A stretch of 64,000 nucleotides of DNA, from the NCBI GenBank assembly GCA_964016885.1, contig OZ024747.1, positions 6,448,001 through 6,512,000 on the forward strand, in the 5' to 3' direction. Numbering within the stretch: position 1 is the stretch's first letter; each line of letters opens with the position of its first letter. Origin of the DNA: Eledone cirrhosa (taxonomy: Eukaryota). Positions 27,534 through 41,611 of the stretch are shown one piece after another. The translations under genes and the position numbers were made by a program. A model generated the notes under the pieces. That model had not been told where the DNA came from and did not search any database. It worked only from the letters and a program-made list of their open reading frames with translations.

Positions 27534-28677
27534 AGTGTTGTTGTTGTTGCTGTTATTAGTGTTGTTGTTGTTGTTAGTTGCGGTTATTAGTGTTGTTGTT
27601 GTTGTTAGTTGCGGTTATTAGTGTTGTTGTTGTTGTTAGTTGCGGTTATTAGTGTTGTTGTTGTTGTTATTAGTGTTGTTGTTGTTGTTGTTAGTTGTTT
27701 TTATTAGTGTTGTTGTTGTAAGTGTTGTTACTGTTGTTGTTAGTTGCTGTTGTTAGTGTTGTTGTTTTTGTTAGTGTTGTTATTAGTGTTGTTGCTGTTG
27801 TTGATGTTAGTTGTTGTTGTCACAGCTGCTTTTGTTGTTATTGCTATCATCATTGTTCTTATTATTGTTGTTGTTGCCATTATTATTGTTGTTGCCATTA
27901 TTATTGTTGTTGTTGCCATTATTATTGTTGTTGTTGCCGTTATTATTCCTACGCAGCCTGAGGCAAACCTTTCGTTGAGCAAATCTATGACACGAAGGTC
28001 TTCTTCTTCTTCTTCTTCTTCTTCTTCTTCTTCTTCTTCTTCTTCTTCTTCTTCTTCTTCGCCCATTTATTCCTGGGAGGGGCGTACGGACAGAGCCATT
28101 AGACCCGTCTACCTAAGGGTCCTATCAGAAGCAACCGTCTCCAATTGATCCGGCTGGATCCCTAAATGACACCTACTGACTCATGGGTGTTATCCAACCA
28201 TCTACCACTGGGTTTCCTGCCCGTAAAAATCTATCTAGCGATTCTTTCCTTAGATAACATAATCCTATTGGCTTAGTTTGTACGTGTGCACTCCTCATAC
28301 GAAACCTTCGTTCGGGAAACTATAAATCAAATATCTTTGTTTTATAGTTGCCTGAACGAAGGTTTTGAATGAGAAGTGTTATAAACACTCAAGTGATATT
28401 TTAAGGATCAACTCAAGTTATCTCTGATCCAAGGAGAAACCAACCCAAATATTTGGAAGGAGACAACTGCGAATATAAAACCTGGAGGTGAGCCATCTTT
28501 AAAGGTTCCCAACCAAGACACCATTTTGATCGACAATGCACTAAAAGGAAGGTGAAGATAAACGAGCCATGCCCTTCCTCTAGACTTTTGTATAACGTAC
28601 ACCAACAGTTATTCTATAACAAACTGGGGTTGTCTAATCTTGCTCTCCCCGCTCTTCCATACTTTCGTGTAACATAT

Positions 28678-28850
28678 AATAATTGTTTCTACTTTTGGCA
28701 CAAGGCCAGCAATTATCCCAGTGTATTACTGGTGCTTTATTTTATCGACCCTGTAAGGATGAAAGGCAAAGTTAACCTCGGCGGGATTTGAACTCAGACC
28801 ATAAAGAGCCGTAACTCTATACTGCAAAGCATGGCGTCAGACTCTGGCTA
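28678..28850 (-). mobile_element. SINE family 1
   Basis: Match to window consensus. Confidence 0.85.
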
Positions 28851-28867
28851 TTCAGCTGCAGACTGAG

Positions 28868-28932
<65 letters not shown>

Positions 28933-29131
28933 GTCCACAATAGACATCATAACAAAAATATTAACAGAATCTAGAAACACCCAATGCTGGGAATCGAGCT
29001 GGCGCCGTCGACGACGATATAATATAAAATAATAAAAAAGAAGGAAAAACAAATGAGTAATTATCTGCGAGATAGATATAACTATGTATATGTTTGTTCT
29101 ATCAACCATATATTCATAGTGTTCACATTTA

Positions 29132-29146
29132 CCAATGTGACGTCAC
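29132..29146. promoter_or_regulatory. Adjacent CCAAT box and perfect cAMP-response element
   Basis: ccaat-gTGACGTCAc in unique, relatively CpG-rich sequence; motif only. Confidence 0.25.
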
Positions 29147-29557
29147 TACATCACCCGTTCCCTTCCAGAAGATACGTCTTTCTTTAGATCGGCCATTAAC
29201 GGAAGTAGTGTATGAAAGACTTTGACCTATTAGTGCTCTGTTGCTTTACTTTGATGGACAACGTTTACTTCCGGTAGGTCTCGCTGTGATTAAAACTAAT
29301 CTTTGTTGTCATATTCACTTCATTGTCAGAAACTATTATTTTCTTGTGATCTTTGAAAGGTTACTAACATTTACGGACCGTAATATATGTATATATATGT
29401 ATGTTTGTACCTATATATGTATGTATATATGTATGTTTGCAGGCGTATAGGTATATATGTATGTGTGCATGTATCTATGTGCATGTATGTATTTGTGTGT
29501 GTTTATATGTATATACGTTTTATGCATGTGTATAAATCTCTGTCTATCTATATCTAT

Positions 29558-29641
<84 letters not shown>

Positions 29642-30024
29642 GTGGGGGGGGGAATAAATGATAATGTAGATTGTATATGTGTGAATGTGAGTTCGTTTGT
29701 AAGTGTGTTTGTAAATATATTATATTTTACTATGTACGTAAATTCTAAACTGCTTATGAAAAACCACACACACACATACACACATACACACACAGTACAT
29801 ACGCGAGCAAATCTGTAGTACTACAATGCATTCGCTAAGGTATTTAGATGGTGGTACAGTCGCTTGCAGACTCCGTCCCTCACTTGATCCAACGAAACAT
29901 ACAGGATATAACAACAGAGTGTGAAAGGAAAGAGGTCTACACCTCACCGAGGATTTGAACTCAAAACGCAGACATTTGGAACCAACAAATATCAAACCCT
30001 TTAACGACTCTACCAAATCAACCA

Positions 30025-30247
<223 letters not shown>

Positions 30248-30307
30248 GAGGTATTGTAAATGAAGCTATTTTTGGCAAATTAGTTAACATATATATGTAT
30301 ATATATG

Positions 30308-30339
<32 letters not shown>

Positions 30340-30641
30340 CATCGTTCTATCGAATGGTTTTAGGGCCCAAGAACAAACCAATTTAGTATGACCTATACAA
30401 ACACCCTTTTACTCACGACAAGGGCGTTAATTCACAACCTAAAAAATCTACAACTGAAAGTTAGGAGGTTGTATTATTTATTTGCATGAAGACAAGAAGA
30501 AAAGGTTTTCTCTCATAATGATGATGTTGATGACAAAGTCGGAATGTGGAGTTCCTTTTTGTGTAGATTATATATAGTTCACAGCAGCTACAATGGCTCT
30601 TATATTATTTTGTTTTGCAACAATACTCTCTTTTATTGTAG

Positions 30642-30754
30642 GAATGCCTCATCAGGTTTTTCACAAACCAAACTGTTTTGAAAGTGATGTCTTACGTATC
30701 TATGATTACACTTCATCAGAAAGGGGAGAAGAAAAAAATTGGTTATACTCCGAG
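30642..30754 (+). CDS. Candidate internal exon, unidentified gene
   Basis: Acceptor ctctcttttattgtag, donor gag|gtgtgg; two open frames (GMPHQVFHKPNCFESDVLRIYDY... or ECLIRFFTNQTVLKVMSY...). Confidence 0.4.
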
Positions 30755-31006
30755 GTGTGGGTACCGCATTTCTGCAATAAACATTATTTACTGTTGCTAA
30801 AGCTAAACTATCTGTTAACTTCTTTTTGATGAAGCGCAATCATAGACACGTAATGCATACGAATGAGAGTTGTATAATGCAGTCAGCGCATGTAGACGGT
30901 TATGTAATTGTACAGAAACATATGTTAAAGATTGAACACACAATAAATTTCTCCTTCTGTCCACTTCTTCCTACCTAGTTTTTCCTATATTTCCTGGTAC
31001 TATGTA

Positions 31007-31073
<67 letters not shown>

Positions 31074-31121
31074 ATAGTGACGGAACATAAGTCAATTGCA
31101 TGAACTCATAATCCTTTATTT

Positions 31122-31177
31122 ATTGCTATATATATTTCGATGATAGCCATTGAATGGCTATGACCTCATCAGGCAGT
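31122..31177 (-). ncRNA. Minimal type I hammerhead motif (family A relative)
   Basis: actgc-CTGATGA-ggtcatagcca-ttcaa-tggctatcatc-GAAA-t-atat-a-TA-gcaat within a TA-flanked insert (31077-31302); C-G to U-A covariation against 3032-3086. Confidence 0.75.
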
Positions 31178-31302
31178 TAGTCAGTGCTTAGATATGCCAG
31201 CTCTGTGTTTATGGTGTTGATGGTATCAGAGCCTTGGGACATATGAGCTTGTTAGGAATAATTTAATGTTGACATCAGGAAAAATCTTAATTCTCATTGG
31301 TC

Positions 31303-31334
<32 letters not shown>

Positions 31335-31367
31335 TTATATATATATTTATATATATATTTATATATA

Positions 31368-31408
<41 letters not shown>

Positions 31409-31483
31409 TTATATATATATATACATATATATATATGTGTGTGTGTGTATATATATATATGTGTGTGTGTGTATATACATATA

Positions 31484-31545
<62 letters not shown>

Positions 31546-31554
31546 TATATATAA

Positions 31555-31755
31555 AGGCCAGCAATTTTGTGGGGAAGAGAAAGTCAATTAGATCGATATC
31601 AGTAGTTGAGTGACACTCTATTTTATCGATCTCAGAAAGACGAAAGGCAAACTTCATTTCGACGGTAATTTGAACTCAGAATGTATTCAGCCGTAAACAA
31701 ATGCACCAAATCATTTTATCTGATGCTCTAACGATTCTGACAACCCACCACCCTT
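31555..31755 (-). mobile_element. SINE family 1 relative, diverged
   Basis: aaggccagcaatttt...ttttatcgat...gaaaggcaaa...tttgaactcaga. Confidence 0.7.
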
Positions 31756-32649
31756 GAACATCATTTAAATAATAATATACATATTCCGAACATTTAAAAT
31801 AGAATATATAGAATATTTCGTCCAGATTCCTTTAGAGTCAATCAATCAGTGTAATGATTAAGATCTGTGAAACGTTCCAAACTAAACATTCTTTATTTTT
31901 ACTAGTGACTGGGCAGGGCTTTCATTGCATCACATTGCATCCCATATACACAGGCATAAATTATTTCTGATCACAAGCGGCTGTTGCTGTCAAAACTTCA
32001 ACAAGAGACTATCGTGATTATGTAATATGTGACATACTTTGAAACTGTGAAAAACATTAAGAAATAAATAGATTGGGCGAGATCGTCAAATTCTTTCTTT
32101 CTTTTTTTCTATGTTTCTTCTTTCTTTTTTCCTTTTTTCTTTTTCTTTCTTTTTCTTTTTTTCTCTTTTTTTTTCTTCCTTTTTCCCCCTTTCTTTCCTT
32201 GTCTCTTTCTTTCCTTTTTCGTCTCTCTTTCACTTACGAGAAATAAAGTGAAATGAAATGACCCGTCTAGGAATCGAACCTCCGCTCTAGTATTTTATTC
32301 ACCACCCGTTCTATGGCACTTTCACCCTTTCAACATAAATAGCCACTGAGAAGAAATGTACATATGGATCTCCGTCGGTTCCGACGTTGATTGTTCCAGC
32401 TGATTTGAATAACGGAACAGTTTGGTAATGAAATAAACGTCAAATGGCTGAGTATTCTCCATACACGTTTACCTTTAATATAAAGCTCAGAGATATTCAG
32501 CCTGGCCCAGTGTGTGACACGGCGGGACTTTTGAAATACATGTACAACTCATTCTTCTTGTCTCGTTGGACTGGAGCAATAAATAGTGTCTTGTTCAAAC
32601 AAGCATACATATTGGTAGACAGACAGACATACAGACAGAGAGATAGATA

Positions 32650-34196
32650 TATTTCTTTATTCGCCACAAGGGCGCACAAGAAAAGGGGACAATACAAAGA
32701 CACATGCCGGGTATTTTACATACAGTCGTGTAAAAATATTGAAACAAACAATTATAACAATCGAAATCCCCAATTCCAGGGAGGGCGGGGGGGGGGCACA
32801 AATGGGTTGTTTAATACCCCGTCGATAGAACAACCCTCAACTTCAGGAGCGTATTGTGCAAGTGCTCCTTTCCTCCTTTTGCTCTCTTCTTTAACCTACA
32901 GGCTTATAAACAGAGAAGGCCCAATCACTCGGGCCATTTTCGCTTCATTCACCCACCTTTCAGTAAATTTACTGGGGTGCAGTGCCTCTCTCTCTCCACT
33001 CTGATTCTCCTTCTAAAGTGATAATTAAAGAAGGGAATGAGTTGTTGTCCGGAGAGAAAGGCATCTGTCCTCAGTCCACCATATAACCTCTTTCACCATA
33101 GCCACTGTACAGAGGAAAACCGCCTCTCTTTCGTTTTTGAAAGAGGCTGGCGGTTTGATCCTTACTATGGACTCGGCAGTCAACTGGATTTGTCCCATAC
33201 GCGACAGCAGTTGTTCGGCTTAGTTCCACAGGTCGGTTACTCCCGGACAGTGTACAACTGCGTGCAAGACGGTTTCAATGTCCTGCTCGCATCTTGGATA
33301 CGTCCTCTTGGAAGGATCCCTGCTGGGGCGTCCGTGCCTGTAGATCTTATCTCGAACGAGTAGAACTCCTCGGTAGCACTGCCAGGCCAGGGACCTCTGG
33401 AAGTTGTCCATAAATCCCGGGCGGAAAGTCCTACCGAACAGACTGGTGAGCTCGTCGTCTTCGACGCCTTGAGTCTCTCCGAGCACGTCGCCGCACTTGT
33501 AAAGTACTAACCCTCTATAGAATGTCGAAGTGGAGTCTCCACTGATTGCTGTGCCCGCTTGACAGAGGACTGTGAGTGCCTGGGCGCATTCAATGTGCCA
33601 GGCGGCCATTTTCTTCGGTCTTCGCTTGACCCAGGACTGCAGCTCTGTCAGCGAGACAAGTTGTGGGAAGGCCTGTCTCACAAATGGTGCCCACACCGAT
33701 TGGTCGGTGAAGAATACCCGGAGATGCCGTAGCCTCTCAGCGCATGTTTGCGCATCATTAACCACGGCATGTCCAGCCTTCCGTTGGAAGAGTGTTGACA
33801 GCAGACGGATATCCTCACCAGTGGAGCCTGCTCCTTCCACATGAACTGGAAGAGCATGCATTCCATCTTGGTGAGGTATTCACGGGGACAAGGCACGACA
33901 GTCAAGCGGTAGTAGATGACGGACGCTATGTAAGTGTTCGCCACCTCCGCTCGACCTTTCAAAGACAGTTTGCACTCTCCACCCTTCTGGGTGAGCGCAA
34001 ATACCTTGGCCATGACCTCGTTCCAGTTTTTCTCCCCCTGGAGGTCTGGACCGAACCAGACCACGAGCAATTTCACCGGTCCTTCCGTCCAGCGTCCAAC
34101 GATGTTGTCGGACGGCATCGCTTTGCCTCTCCACGTTCCGAGTTGCAAACCGACAGACTTGTCCGGGTTCAGTTTTGCTCCTGTGAACCTTTCGTA
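32650..34196 (-). mobile_element. 5'-truncated, frameshifted L1/Tx1-clade LINE (RT C-terminus, zinc finger, 3' UTR)
   Basis: YERFTGAKLNPDKS, VKLLVVWF, LSLKGRAEVANTYIASVIYY, FQFMW, ETVLHAVVHCP motifs; AATAAA near the 3' end; flanked by GATA/GACA repeats. Confidence 0.92.
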
Positions 34197-34329
34197 TAGA
34201 TAGACAGATAGGCAGATAAACAGACAGGCAGATAAACAGACAGACAGATACAGACAGACAGACAGATACAGACAGACAGACAGATACAGACAGACAGACA
34301 GATACAGATTTCTCTTCCCTGCTGTCATT

Positions 34330-34604
34330 TCCTCCAGACTGATTTTAGAGACCGCAAGTTGATCGTTTGAAGTGGCCATTGTCTAAGCTACTTCTTTACA
34401 CTCTATAATTACTATTTTATTTTTGTGCTAAAGACTTTATCTTACATAATATCTCACATAATATCGTATCTACGAGATTTTGATATAATTTATTTTAAGA
34501 ACAATACCTTAACATAAGAATGAGCAAGCGGTTATGGCCAGTTTGAACAGAAAGAGGTGAGAGAATTCTGGTCGGATATGGCCGGTTTAAATGGTAAAGG
34601 GTTA
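34330..34604. mobile_element. Probable piggyBac-like MITE end
   Basis: Terminates in ...aaagggTTAA with a duplicated subterminal tatggcc.gttt.aa motif; other end not found. Confidence 0.35.
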
Positions 34605-35128
34605 AAATTGGTTGTTGTTGCTTTTGTGTAATCTTTCGTAGACATATCTACACACATACTTACTACAAACAAGCACACAGATTGTGAATGCGCATGATCC
34701 AGTGGATAGGGAATGCGACCGGCGTTTATAAGGTCGTGGGTTCGATTTCTAGACCGGGCAGTGCGTTGCATTCTTAACCAAGACGTCTTATTTCACATTG
34801 CGTTTTATGATAAAACTGTGATCCTTATCATTAAATCACCCGACAAACTTCCTGATAGTGCAGCCTTGTAGAAAGACATCTAAAGCTACATAGGTATTAA
34901 CTGTGAAGAAAAGAAACAGAAAACAAAAAAGAGACAGAGACTGATAGACATGCATTGAGATAGGCATCATAAAATGTATCCTTCATGTTGCTATGTCGTC
35001 GGATGGAATCCAAGTAGATATTAGGGCGGTCCACCACCAGTTGACTGACATACAGCGCAGTTCTTTACAAAGCATCTCACTGTGTTACAACATCCACTTA
35101 GAAAAGTTTTTTTACTAGAAATTCATGT

Positions 35129-35187
<59 letters not shown>

Positions 35188-35373
35188 CATGTATGTATGT
35201 ATATATATATATATATATACATATATATATACATTTATATAAATATATATATATATGTATGTATATATATACCTATATACATAAATATATATACATACAT
35301 ATAAATATACATATATATATACATATAAATAAATAAATATCTATATATATATATATATACATATAAATAAATA

Positions 35374-35443
<70 letters not shown>

Positions 35444-35465
35444 CACACACATATATATATATATA

Positions 35466-35514
<49 letters not shown>

Positions 35515-35533
35515 ATATATATATATATATGTG

Positions 35534-35564
<31 letters not shown>

Positions 35565-35577
35565 ATATATATATATA

Positions 35578-35618
<41 letters not shown>

Positions 35619-35705
35619 ATATATATATATATTTATTTATTTATATGTATATATATATATATAGATATTTATTTATTTATATGCATATATATATATATTT
35701 ATATG

Positions 35706-35738
<33 letters not shown>

Positions 35739-35763
35739 TCCAGAATGTATGTATATATATAGG

Positions 35764-35798
<35 letters not shown>

Positions 35799-35805
35799 GT
35801 ATATA

Positions 35806-35842
<37 letters not shown>

Positions 35843-35844
<2 letters not shown>

Positions 35845-35898
35845 TCCAGAAATAGCCGTCGAAACGGCTTGAGCTCTGCCGTCGGGGTCATACTTTTT

Positions 35899-35901
<3 letters not shown>
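35843..35901 (+). mobile_element. Family D fragment in (TA)n
   Basis: Identical to the loop and right arm of 38238-38339. Confidence 0.8.
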
Positions 35902-35967
<66 letters not shown>

Positions 35968-36070
35968 ATAATAATAAATTTGAAGACTAAAATCCAAAGA
36001 GAGCTCGATAAGGGTAAATATATATCAAATATATAAGAACCGTAGAGCAAATATTTATTAAAATAACAGA

Positions 36071-36826
<756 letters not shown>

Positions 36827-36827
36827 T

Positions 36828-36895
<68 letters not shown>

Positions 36896-36979
36896 TGTAT
36901 GTTTATATATATATATATATATAGCGAGAGAGAGCAGCCCTCGTGTAGGATCAACACAAACACAAATACGAAAAACAAA

Positions 36980-36990
36980 ATGGCGGATAG
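36980..36990 (+). CDS. Candidate first coding micro-exon (M-A-D-S/R)
   Basis: aaacaaaATGGCGGATAG|gtatgt: A-rich initiation context, YY1-type AAAATGGCGG and a consensus donor. Confidence 0.45.
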
Positions 36991-37245
36991 GTATGTATGT
37001 TATATCTTGTTAGTATTATCTATACACCTACCTATCATACCATCTATTGCTGCACTGCAATTTCTTACTTTCTACCTCACTCTCTCATTCTCTGTGTCTC
37101 TCTTACTCACTCTCACCCTGTGTGTGTGTGTGTGTGTATGTGTGTGTGTATGTGTGTGTGTGTGTGTGCGCGCGTTTCTTTTTTTAATGGAATTCCAAAC
37201 ACTTCATAGTCTATTTATTTGTTTTGTGATAGTGCATATAGTGTG

Positions 37246-37319
<74 letters not shown>

Positions 37320-37473
37320 TTATGTAGCTAATTACTATGTTGCTTACCCATAATACATCTCCTTGATAAACAGGTGTAAACAGTTAAGAGCACTCTACCT
37401 CTATCGTCTCTATCCAGCGATCAAATACATGAAATAAACCTAAAGAAAGATGATGCATAATCGTATTTATTGG

Positions 37474-37563
<90 letters not shown>

Positions 37564-37737
37564 CATATATGGCAACTTCTTTTTCCATCTTTAAGAGTCT
37601 TCAGCCTATTTTATAAGCTATTTTATTCCATTTCCGCGCATGAGCACACCGCTCTATATATTAACTTTATCCAATCAACGCTTTGTAAAAGTACGAGAGG
37701 TCAGCTACATATTCACATTCACAAAGAAAGTCTTTTG

Positions 37738-37768
<31 letters not shown>

Positions 37769-37923
37769 CATAAATACATATACAGTAATAATAATATAAT
37801 AAATGTGAAGACTAAAATCTGAAGAGGGCTCGAAAAGGATAATATATATATATAAAAGTATCAGAAGATCCTGTTAAGGGTGGAATCACCGATTCTTTGG
37901 TTAAACTTTAAACTGTTGTTTTA

Positions 37924-38006
<83 letters not shown>

Positions 38007-38010
<4 letters not shown>

Positions 38011-38114
38011 GAAGTTATTCCGGGTTGAATCGGAGGTAACCACAGTAAGTAAGGTACTCAATACATAGCAGAGTATAAAAGTTTTAATATAGTCCTGTAG
38101 AATCTCATCTATAT

Positions 38115-38118
<4 letters not shown>
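38007..38118. mobile_element. Family H insert with inverted 5' part
   Basis: 38007-38092 is antisense and 38091-38118 sense relative to 4114-4217; 10-bp arms tttaatatag / ctatattaaa. Confidence 0.7.
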
Positions 38119-38160
<42 letters not shown>

Positions 38161-38161
<1 letters not shown>

Positions 38162-38334
38162 CAAAGGAATTGTGGTAAGGAACCAGATGGACCATAACGC
38201 ACCAGAGTACTCAATACTTAGGGTAGTAGAGTGGGAAATAGGAAAAAGTATGACCCCGACGGCAGAGCTCAAGCCGTTTCGACGGAAATAGCCGTCGAAA
38301 CGGCTTGAGCTCTGCCGTCGGGGTCATACTTTTT

Positions 38335-38339
<5 letters not shown>
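38161..38339. mobile_element. Fold-back (TA)n insert, family D
   Basis: 48-bp perfect arms 38238-38285 and 38292-38339 with loop aaatag. Confidence 0.85.
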
Positions 38340-38383
<44 letters not shown>

Positions 38384-38433
38384 GTATGTATATATATATA
38401 TATATTTATATGTATGTATGTATATATATATAT

Positions 38434-39338
38434 ATAAATCAGGAAAGAAGAGTGACACGGTTTGCTATAGAAAAAAGGTTTTTAATCTCATTGCTGACAA
38501 TTGTTTCTCTGAACTGGTAGGTCTAGAGATCGCTACCCGCTTGTTTTCACGTTATTCGATCACCAATACAAAGTTATAACCAGTCAATTCATCGGAGCTT
38601 GTGAGAATGAAAGGAATATACAGGCATGGCTACTATATATAGTAGTAATGGCATTCAATCAGAACGATAACAAGAATACTAACAATGCTAGCAATAAATT
38701 ATTTGAAATAATCACATCATCAATCTAGGTGGGAAGTATAGTATATCTACGATTTTAGCGTGTAAAACTAGCTGACATGAGGCAGATGTATAAAATTGAC
38801 ATGTCAATTTTATACATCTGCCTCATGTCAGCTAGTTTTACACGCTAAAATCGTAGATATACTATACTTCCCACCTAGATTGATGATGTGATTATTTCAA
38901 ATAATTTATTGCTAGCATTGTTAGTATTCTTGTTATCGTTCTGATTGAATGCCATTACTACTATATATAGTAGCCATGCCTGTATATTCCTTTCATTCTC
39001 ACAAGCTCCGATGAATTGACTGGTTATAACTTTGTATTGGTGATCGAATAACGTGAAAACAAGCGGGTAGCGATCTCTAGACCTACCAGTTCAGAGAAAC
39101 AATTGTCAGCAATGAGATTAAAAACCTTTTTTCTATAGCAAACCGTGTCACTCTTCTTTCCTGATTTATCATTACTCCAAGTGTTTACAACATAGGAATT
39201 ACAGAGTACTCGCAACATCACTATGGAAACGTCTTGTTGAGTCAAACTTAGCCAAGCGTTGATATCATCCACTACCTGGAGTACCATAACTGGACTACAC
39301 TTAAGCGGACTACCTATAACAATAATCTGTTACCCTGT
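38434..39338. mobile_element. Large fold-back (TA)n insert
   Basis: 736-bp spacer-less palindrome 38434-39169 centred at 38801/38802, plus a 170-bp unique tail ending at a TA run. Confidence 0.85.
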
Positions 39339-39343
39339 ATATA

Positions 39344-39392
<49 letters not shown>

Positions 39393-39461
39393 AAAAAAAG
39401 ATGAAATCGAAAATGCAACTGGAGTCTTATTTAAAATAATATATATATATTTATTTGGTTC

Positions 39462-39497
39462 CTTTACCGGTTTCGCAGTTCTTCTGCTTTTCAAAAG
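39462..39497 (-). ncRNA. Minimal hammerhead motif, U3-A8 variant (family F)
   Basis: ctt-TTGAAAA-gcag-aagaa-ctgc-GAAA-ccgg-TA-aag; perfect stem II and palindromic ACCGGU stem III. Confidence 0.6.
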
Positions 39498-39588
39498 TAG
39501 AGTTGAGGTGGAGGGTCTGTGGTTTTTCTCACATCTGTGGTTTTTCTCATATATATATATATGTATATATATATAATATATATATATG

Positions 39589-39693
<105 letters not shown>

Positions 39694-39948
39694 ATGTATG
39701 TATATATAATATCTTCCTCTATCATAATTAAATGATACTTTATATTTTTAGATTTAGCCACTTTATTTCTTGTTCATATATGCATGTACTTGAAACATGT
39801 ACGTAAAACATATGTTGCAAATACATAGACATACATACACTACACACACTCAAAGATATGCATGTATATGTATATATATACACACATACACTACACACAC
39901 ACAAATATATGCACATACACACATACACTACACACACTCAAAGATATG

Positions 39949-39979
<31 letters not shown>

Positions 39980-39986
39980 GTATATG

Positions 39987-40024
<38 letters not shown>

Positions 40025-40195
40025 GATTTAACACTTCACTGCTCGCAAGTGTTTTTAAGCTTCATATCATGTCTCCCTATTTTATCTGATGAGAATGCAA
40101 ATATCATCCCATGATGATATTTGTTTTTGAAATGCGCATAATAAAATACATGGAACTCTTTTAACCATCTTTTGATCTTATATTATATATATATA

Positions 40196-40375
40196 TAATT
40201 GTTTCTACTTTTGGCACAAGGCCAGCAATTACCCAGTACATTACTGGTACTTTATTTTATCGACCCCGTAAGGATGAAAGGCAAAGTTAACCTCGGCGGG
40301 ATTTGAACACAGACCGTAAAGGGACGTAACTATGCTGGAAAGCATGGCGTCCGACTCTCTACTGATACTGCCAAT
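40196..40375 (-). mobile_element. SINE family 1
   Basis: Consensus match; flanked by an inverted 26-bp repeat. Confidence 0.9.
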
Positions 40376-40449
40376 ATAATATAAGATCAAAAGATGGTTT
40401 TTTTCTAATTGTCCTTAACACTATAACTTATTAAAATAATATAAACAAC

Positions 40450-40725
40450 TCACTATCCAGGCGGCTTGCAAAAATAATGGTTGCATTTTAAAAGGGTACG
40501 TCAAAGCTTATTTGTAAAACTGTTATATATTGTATTTTGTCTGATGAAGGCATACCATAATTTAATTTGGTATCCCTGAAATATGTATAATGAAATAAAT
40601 ATGGTTTTATAAATATAGTTTCCATTTATTAATATCGTATATCTACTCCAAATACTTGTCGAGTGCTTTATATCAGTTATAAAAATATTTACTTGTATCC
40701 CAACAATTTTAAATAGAACTTTTGC
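40450..40725 (+). mobile_element. Family B, collinear copy
   Basis: Contains in order the spacer, arm and tail seen rearranged at 2180-2588. Confidence 0.8.
40534..40596 (+). ncRNA. Minimal type I hammerhead motif (family B)
   Basis: attttgt-CTGATGA-aggcatacca-taatttaatt-tggtatccct-GAAA-t-atgt-a-TA-atgaaat; two compensatory stem II changes against 2482-2544. Confidence 0.75.
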
Positions 40726-41052
40726 ATATATATATATAGGAACGAGTAGGACCCACTCTTCTACTACCCTAAGTATTGAGTACTTTGGTGCGTTATGGTC
40801 CACCTGGTTCCTTACTACATTTCCTTCGTTATATATATATATATATATATATATCATGTTCCACATTACCCCCCCCCCCCTTTTTCTTTTTTCTTTTCAC
40901 TTCAAAAACCTTGTTTGTAAATAACATTGTTTCTTCACCATTTCCTTAACATGTACAACATCACCAACATTTTACACCAATACAAATCCCCCCCTTTGAT
41001 AATGCATAAAATGCTGAAAGCGGTAATAGACAATTATTAAATATATAAATAA

Positions 41053-41240
41053 GGGCAGTGGATTGGCAGTATTGGTAGAGGGTCGGACGCCATGCTTTCC
41101 AGCATAGTTACGTCCCTTTACGATCTGAGTTCAAATCCCGCCGAGGTTGACTTTGCCTTTCATCCTTACGGGGTCGATAAAATAAAGTACCAGTAATGCA
41201 CTGGGTATTTGCTGGCCTTGTGCCTAAAGTAGAAACAATT
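41053..41240 (+). mobile_element. SINE family 1, full length, with direct TSD
   Basis: Flanked by ttaaatatataaataa direct repeats. Confidence 0.9.
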
Positions 41241-41504
41241 AAATATATAAATAAATTAATAAATGCCATTGTTAATTAATAAATAAATTAACTAATACCT
41301 TAACACTTCACACAAAGTAAATTATTTTGTTTTAAACATTTTCTAACCCAGAAAAAAGAGATAAAAATAAAAAGGAAAAAAAAATATTTTTCTTCCTAAT
41401 AATCGTCTTTTTCTCCCTATTATCATATATATATATATATATATATATACCAACTCGTGTGCTCCTTCTCCACATTATATTATTATATATCTATATACAT
41501 ACAT

Positions 41505-41611
<107 letters not shown>

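Noticed and set aside
28348-28555. Possible exon after ttttatag
   Set aside because: All three frames close shortly after the acceptor and no motif is recognisable.
37819-37836. ctgaagagggctcgaaa as a hammerhead core
   Set aside because: Other family I copies read c(g/c)aaagag.gctcgata, and stems I and III are absent; chance match.
39007-39060. ccgatga...gaataacgt in the large palindrome as a hammerhead
   Set aside because: Both core halves deviate and stems I and II do not pair convincingly.
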